Below are positions 60,250 to 64,000 of a stretch of DNA of 64,000 nucleotides, piece after piece. Every line of letters starts with the position of its first letter. Within the stretch, counting starts at the first letter, position 1. The position numbers were made by a program, and so were the translations under genes. This DNA comes from an uncultured Acidobacteriota bacterium (lineage in GTDB: Bacteria; Acidobacteriota; JAQAZP01): positions 2,048,001 to 2,112,000 of the forward strand of contig CAWIIB010000009.1 in the NCBI GenBank assembly GCA_963836075.1. The letters run 5' to 3'. Below the pieces are notes generated by a model. That model was not told where the DNA came from and did not search any database. It saw only the letters and a list, made by a program, of their open reading frames with translations.

Positions 60250-61413
60250 ATGAACGATCCGAACCACAATGTGCTGCAGGACGAACTGCTGGAGCTGATC
60301 CGCACCGAGGGGCCGATCAGCTTTGCCCGGTTCATGGAACTGGCGCTCTACCACCCCCGTCACGGTTTCTACACCAGGGGCGGTGGACCGTGGGGCGCCC
60401 GCCGGGACTATGTGACCAGTGTTGACGCCGGCCCGGTATTCGCCTCCCTAATGCTGCAGCTGTTCCGGGCGTTCTGGCAGGCCCTGGGAGAACCGGGGGA
60501 GTACCTGCTGGTGGATGCCGGGGGTGGGGACGGGAGGTTTGCCTCATCGGTGGAGGAGGAGGCCCGAAACGATCCCGATTCCTTTTCCTCTGCGCTGCGC
60601 CCGGTCCTGGCCGACCGTTGTGCCGCCGGTGCGGAGTCTGTTCTCCCGCAAATCACCTTCCCGCCGGCCGCGGGTCACCCCCCCCTGGGGCCCTGCTGTG
60701 TCTTTGCCAACGAGCTGCTGGATGCCCTGCCGGTCCACCTGGTGCGCATGGCCGGGGGCCGGCTGGAGGAGGCGCTGGTGACCGGGCGAGCGGGGAGCCT
60801 GGCCTTCGACTGGTCCGAACCCGGCGGCCCGGAGCTGGCTTCATACTTCGAAAGCCTGGGCATTACCCTGGCGGAGGGCCGGCAGGCGGCGGTGAACCTG
60901 GAGGCGGAGAGATGGATTCGGGAGGCGGCCCGGGGCATCGAAACAGGGCACCTGGTGATCGTCGATTACGGGTATCCTGCCCCCGTTCTCTTCTCTCCCG
61001 AAACGGCCGCCGACCCGGTGCGCACCTATCGCGGCGGGCGGGAGGGCGGCGGTCTGCTGGAGGGCCCGGGCCGGCAGGACATCACGGCCATGGTCGATTT
61101 CAGTTCGCTGACCCGCTGGGCCGTGGAGGCCGGGTTCACCCTGCACTGCCTGACCGACCAGTATCGCCTGCTGCAGCGCCTGGCGGAGCAACTGTCCGGC
61201 GACCCGGCGGCCTGGGAACGGCTGGCCGGCAGCGGTGCCGCTGTCCCGGCCACGGAGCGGTTGAGGCGGGGGATGGGGCTGCGGGCCCTTCTCTCACCCG
61301 AGGGGATCGGCGGGAGCTTCCGTGTGCTGGTGCTCTCCCGCGGGGCCGTTCAGGCCCTGCCTCTGCTCCGCGGGCTCAAGGTCCCGCCGGGGATCGGCAT
61401 CAGGATTGAATGA
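60250..61413 (+). CDS. SAM-dependent methyltransferase, MidA/NDUFAF7 family
   Basis: GPISFARFMELALYHP, DYVTS, ANELLDALPVH, VDYG, QDITAMVDF. Confidence 0.88.
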   Translation: MNDPNHNVLQDELLELIRTEGPISFARFMELALYHPRHGFYTRGGGPWGARRDYVTSVDAGPVFASLMLQLFRAFWQALGEPGEYLLVDAGGGDGRFASSVEEEARNDPDSFSSALRPVLADRCAAGAESVLPQITFPPAAGHPPLGPCCVFANELLDALPVHLVRMAGGRLEEALVTGRAGSLAFDWSEPGGPELASYFESLGITLAEGRQAAVNLEAERWIREAARGIETGHLVIVDYGYPAPVLFSPETAADPVRTYRGGREGGGLLEGPGRQDITAMVDFSSLTRWAVEAGFTLHCLTDQYRLLQRLAEQLSGDPAAWERLAGSGAAVPATERLRRGMGLRALLSPEGIGGSFRVLVLSRGAVQALPLLRGLKVPPGIGIRIE

Positions 61414-62253
61414 GGCGTCCTTCAGCGTGATCAGCACCAGTTCCGGGGGACAGCGAAGTCGAGCCGGGATGATCGATGTCCCCACCCCCCGGGAGACGAA
61501 GAGCCAGGTCCCGTCGAGGTAGAAACGGCCGGCCACTGTCTGCCGGCTCCCCGGGGGAAGCCAGAGCGGGCCGATCAGCGGGAAGTTCATCTGACCGCCG
61601 TGGGTGTGTCCGGAGAGCACCAGGTCTACCCCCCAGCGCTGGGCCTTGCGGAAGATTTCCGGCGAGTGGGCGAGGAGCAGTTGGGGCAGGTTCCCGGGGA
61701 GTTCGAGAAAGGTGCTGTAGAAATCGGAGTGGCCGGTGTAGGGGTCGTCCAGGCCGAGGAGGACAAAAGCCGCCCCGCGGATCCTGATGGTCAGGTGCTC
61801 ATTGATCAGCAGCCGGATGCCCTCTTCCGCCAGCAGGCCGGCCAGGCGGCCGTGGGTCATTCGCACCTTGTATTCCCAGTTGCCCTGGATGGCGTACACG
61901 CCACCCGGTGCCTCGAAGCTTCCGAGGTATCCGGCCAGCGTGTCGGTACGGGTGAGCCAGGTGAAGTAGTCTCCGCCCAGCAGGATCAGGTCGGGACCGA
62001 AGGCCGCGATCTCCTCGGCCATCCGGCGGTGCAGGCGGCCCGGCCGGCGCACGTGGAGGTCGGAGACAAATACCAGGCTGACCCCCTCCGGCCCGCCGCC
62101 GAGACCAGGCAGGTAAAAGGTCTCCCGGGTCACCTGCAGCCGGTTCGGCTCCAGCAGCACCAGTTCGGCGCAGAACCAGATGAACAATACCAGGAACAGG
62201 CCCTGCGCGGCTCGCCTGGCCCAGGTCGTGTGTTGCTTGCGGTCCGGCTTCAT
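61294..62253 (-). CDS. Metallophosphoesterase (YkuE-like)
   Basis: SDLH, GGDY, GNWE, AHSP, SGHTHGGQ, SRGVG. Confidence 0.9.
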   Translation of the reverse strand: MKPDRKQHTTWARRAAQGLFLVLFIWFCAELVLLEPNRLQVTRETFYLPGLGGGPEGVSLVFVSDLHVRRPGRLHRRMAEEIAAFGPDLILLGGDYFTWLTRTDTLAGYLGSFEAPGGVYAIQGNWEYKVRMTHGRLAGLLAEEGIRLLINEHLTIRIRGAAFVLLGLDDPYTGHSDFYSTFLELPGNLPQLLLAHSPEIFRKAQRWGVDLVLSGHTHGGQMNFPLIGPLWLPPGSRQTVAGRFYLDGTWLFVSRGVGTSIIPARLRCPPELVLITLKDASFNPDADPRRDLEPAEQRQGLNGPAGEHQHTEAPADPLG

Positions 62254-63572
62254 TGCACCGCCTGGCCCATTCCCTGCAGGTGCTGGCGGGCCAGCTTTCC
62301 GTAGTTGCTCTCCGGGTCGATATTGAGCACCTGGCGGTAGTAGGCCACGGCCTTGTCACGCTGTCCCTGGTTCTCGTAGCAGAGCCCCTGGTAGTAGCGA
62401 ACGCCCGTCTGTTCGGGGATCAGTTTGTCGCACTTGTCGAACTCGCCCAGGGCCAGGTCCCAGCGCTGGATGTTGACGAAGTGGAAGCCGCTGTAGAACC
62501 GGCTCTGGAACAGTTCGGGATAGAGCTGCAGGGCCTTGTTCAGATTGCGTCTGGCGTTGCGGTATTCCTTGGCCTGGACATAGGCCACACCCAGGTCGGC
62601 GTAAAAGACGGCCTGTCCCGGGGCCATGTTGATGGCCTTCTCAAAAGTGTTGATCGACTCCCGCACCTTGCCCTCGGCCAGCAGCGCCTCACCCCGCTCG
62701 TACTCCTTGTACGCCGGGGCCATCTGCCGCAGCCTCATTGTGTTCTGGCGGAAGGTTTCCACGCCCATGGTGGCGCCCGGCGGCACCTCCAGGGTGGTGA
62801 TCCGCTGCCGGGAGGTTTCGATGCGTTCCGAGGAAAGCGGGTGGGTCAACAGCAGCGCTTCGAGGCGTGACGGTTCACGCTCGTGGGCGGCCAGCAGGAT
62901 TTCCTGCAGTTCCACCATGCCCTGGGGGTTGTACCCGGCCTTGATCACGTAGTCCATGCCCAGCTCGTCAGACTGCCGTTCGTTGTCCCGGGAGAAGCGG
63001 AGCATCATCAGCTGGGCAGCCATCAATCCGGCCGCGGAATAGTACTCGCCGTTTTTCATCTCCTGCTGCTGGAGGTAGATGCTCAGGCCCACCGCCGCGG
63101 TCTGGGTCAGGATCTGGCGGGTGATCATCTCGTTGACGTGCCGGGCCGTCACGTGCCCCACCTCGTGTCCCAGCACCGCGGCCAGCTGGGCCTCGTTGGT
63201 CATCTGCGAAAGCAGGCCGCGGGTGATGCTGATCTTGCCCCCGGGGAGGGCGTAGGCGTTCACCTCTCCGCTGTTGACCACGTTGAACTGGAACGGCAGG
63301 TCGGGGCGGTGGGAGACCGCCACCAGACTCTGCCCCACCCGTGAGACGTAGTCCTGCAGTCCCTTGTCCTGGTACAGGCCGCCGCTGATCTGGGTCATCA
63401 CCGGGTAGTTCTGCACGCCCATGGCCACTTCCTGCTCTTCCGAGATCAGGGAGAGTTCTTTTTTTCCGGTGACCGGGTTGACCATGCAGGCTGCCAGGCC
63501 AAGGCAGGCCAGAACCGTCATGGCACCGATCACCAGTGACGGCCGGAGCTCGCGAGTTGTATACCATTTCAT
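62250..63572 (-). CDS. M48 metalloprotease lipoprotein with TPR (BepA-like)
   Basis: LAAC lipobox, NAYALPGG, HEVGH, ERQSD, THP, TPR C-terminus. Confidence 0.9.
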   Translation of the reverse strand: MKWYTTRELRPSLVIGAMTVLACLGLAACMVNPVTGKKELSLISEEQEVAMGVQNYPVMTQISGGLYQDKGLQDYVSRVGQSLVAVSHRPDLPFQFNVVNSGEVNAYALPGGKISITRGLLSQMTNEAQLAAVLGHEVGHVTARHVNEMITRQILTQTAAVGLSIYLQQQEMKNGEYYSAAGLMAAQLMMLRFSRDNERQSDELGMDYVIKAGYNPQGMVELQEILLAAHEREPSRLEALLLTHPLSSERIETSRQRITTLEVPPGATMGVETFRQNTMRLRQMAPAYKEYERGEALLAEGKVRESINTFEKAINMAPGQAVFYADLGVAYVQAKEYRNARRNLNKALQLYPELFQSRFYSGFHFVNIQRWDLALGEFDKCDKLIPEQTGVRYYQGLCYENQGQRDKAVAYYRQVLNIDPESNYGKLARQHLQGMGQAVQ

Positions 63573-63641
63573 CGGTGGCCCTCCTGTTGAAGCCGGGTGG
63601 GTGTTCGGTGTTCCTCTGTTGGATGAGACCGGTGCACCGCA

Positions 63642-64000
63642 CTAGAAGTCACAGGGGAAACTGTCCGCTTTGAAGACCGCTTTCCCGTCCACCAGGGTGG
63701 CCAGGACTTCAATCTCCGGTATCTCCTCCGCTGCACAGAGCAGCGGGTTCAGTGCCAGCACGGTGAGGTCCGCCCGTTTCCCCGGCTCGATGGTCCCGGT
63801 CAGTTCCTCGCTGAACGAAGCGAAACTGGCATCGCGGGTGAACATGGCCAGGGCCTCGCCGGGGGACAGGCGCTCCTCCGGGCGCCACCCCCCCTCGGGG
63901 GTGCCGTCGAGGGCCTGGCGGCTGACCGCGGCATAGATACCCGTGAGCGGCGCCGGGGATTCCACCGGTGCATCCGAGCCGCCGGGTATCCGGCAGCCGG
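63642..64000 (-). CDS. Amidohydrolase_3 (YtcJ-like), 3' part only
   Basis: GSDAPVE, GTIEPGKRADLTVL. Confidence 0.85.
   Translation of the reverse strand, partial: GCRIPGGSDAPVESPAPLTGIYAAVSRQALDGTPEGGWRPEERLSPGEALAMFTRDASFASFSEELTGTIEPGKRADLTVLALNPLLCAAEEIPEIEVLATLVDGKAVFKADSFPCDF

Noticed and set aside
61294-61413. 120-nt convergent overlap of the MidA-like and phosphoesterase genes
   Set aside because: Both tails lie beyond the conserved domains; likely stop-codon drift or an indel error

Overview
High-GC bacterial chromosomal window with about 48 CDSs and no rRNA, tRNA, CRISPR array, integrase or transposase that I can support. It looks like a Gram-negative organism (TonB receptor, lipoproteins, LpxL-type acyltransferases); an Acidobacteriota-like lineage is my inference only. 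Recognisable content: arsR-arsM with a sigma70 promoter and operator, a cobalamin riboswitch plus btuB, a DAACS symporter, M29/M28/M48 peptidases, class I lysS, ABC-F, PTS EIIA, GT2-radical SAM-GT2 and a sigma54-driven SH3 protein. Two candidate undescribed systems stand out. (1) A tightly coupled five-gene operon at 34712-40277: 2-TM protein, long coiled-coil protein, unknown protein, classic-clade AAA+ ATPase with a pore loop, and a DUF6638-like protein. (2) A ~330-aa C-terminal Ca-binding repeat module (5 full blades plus one split blade) fused to four unrelated secreted proteins, suggesting a lineage-specific sorting or anchoring domain. About ten single-base frameshifts in otherwise intact genes most likely reflect long-read assembly errors. 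All family assignments come from motif recognition by eye; no searches were run.
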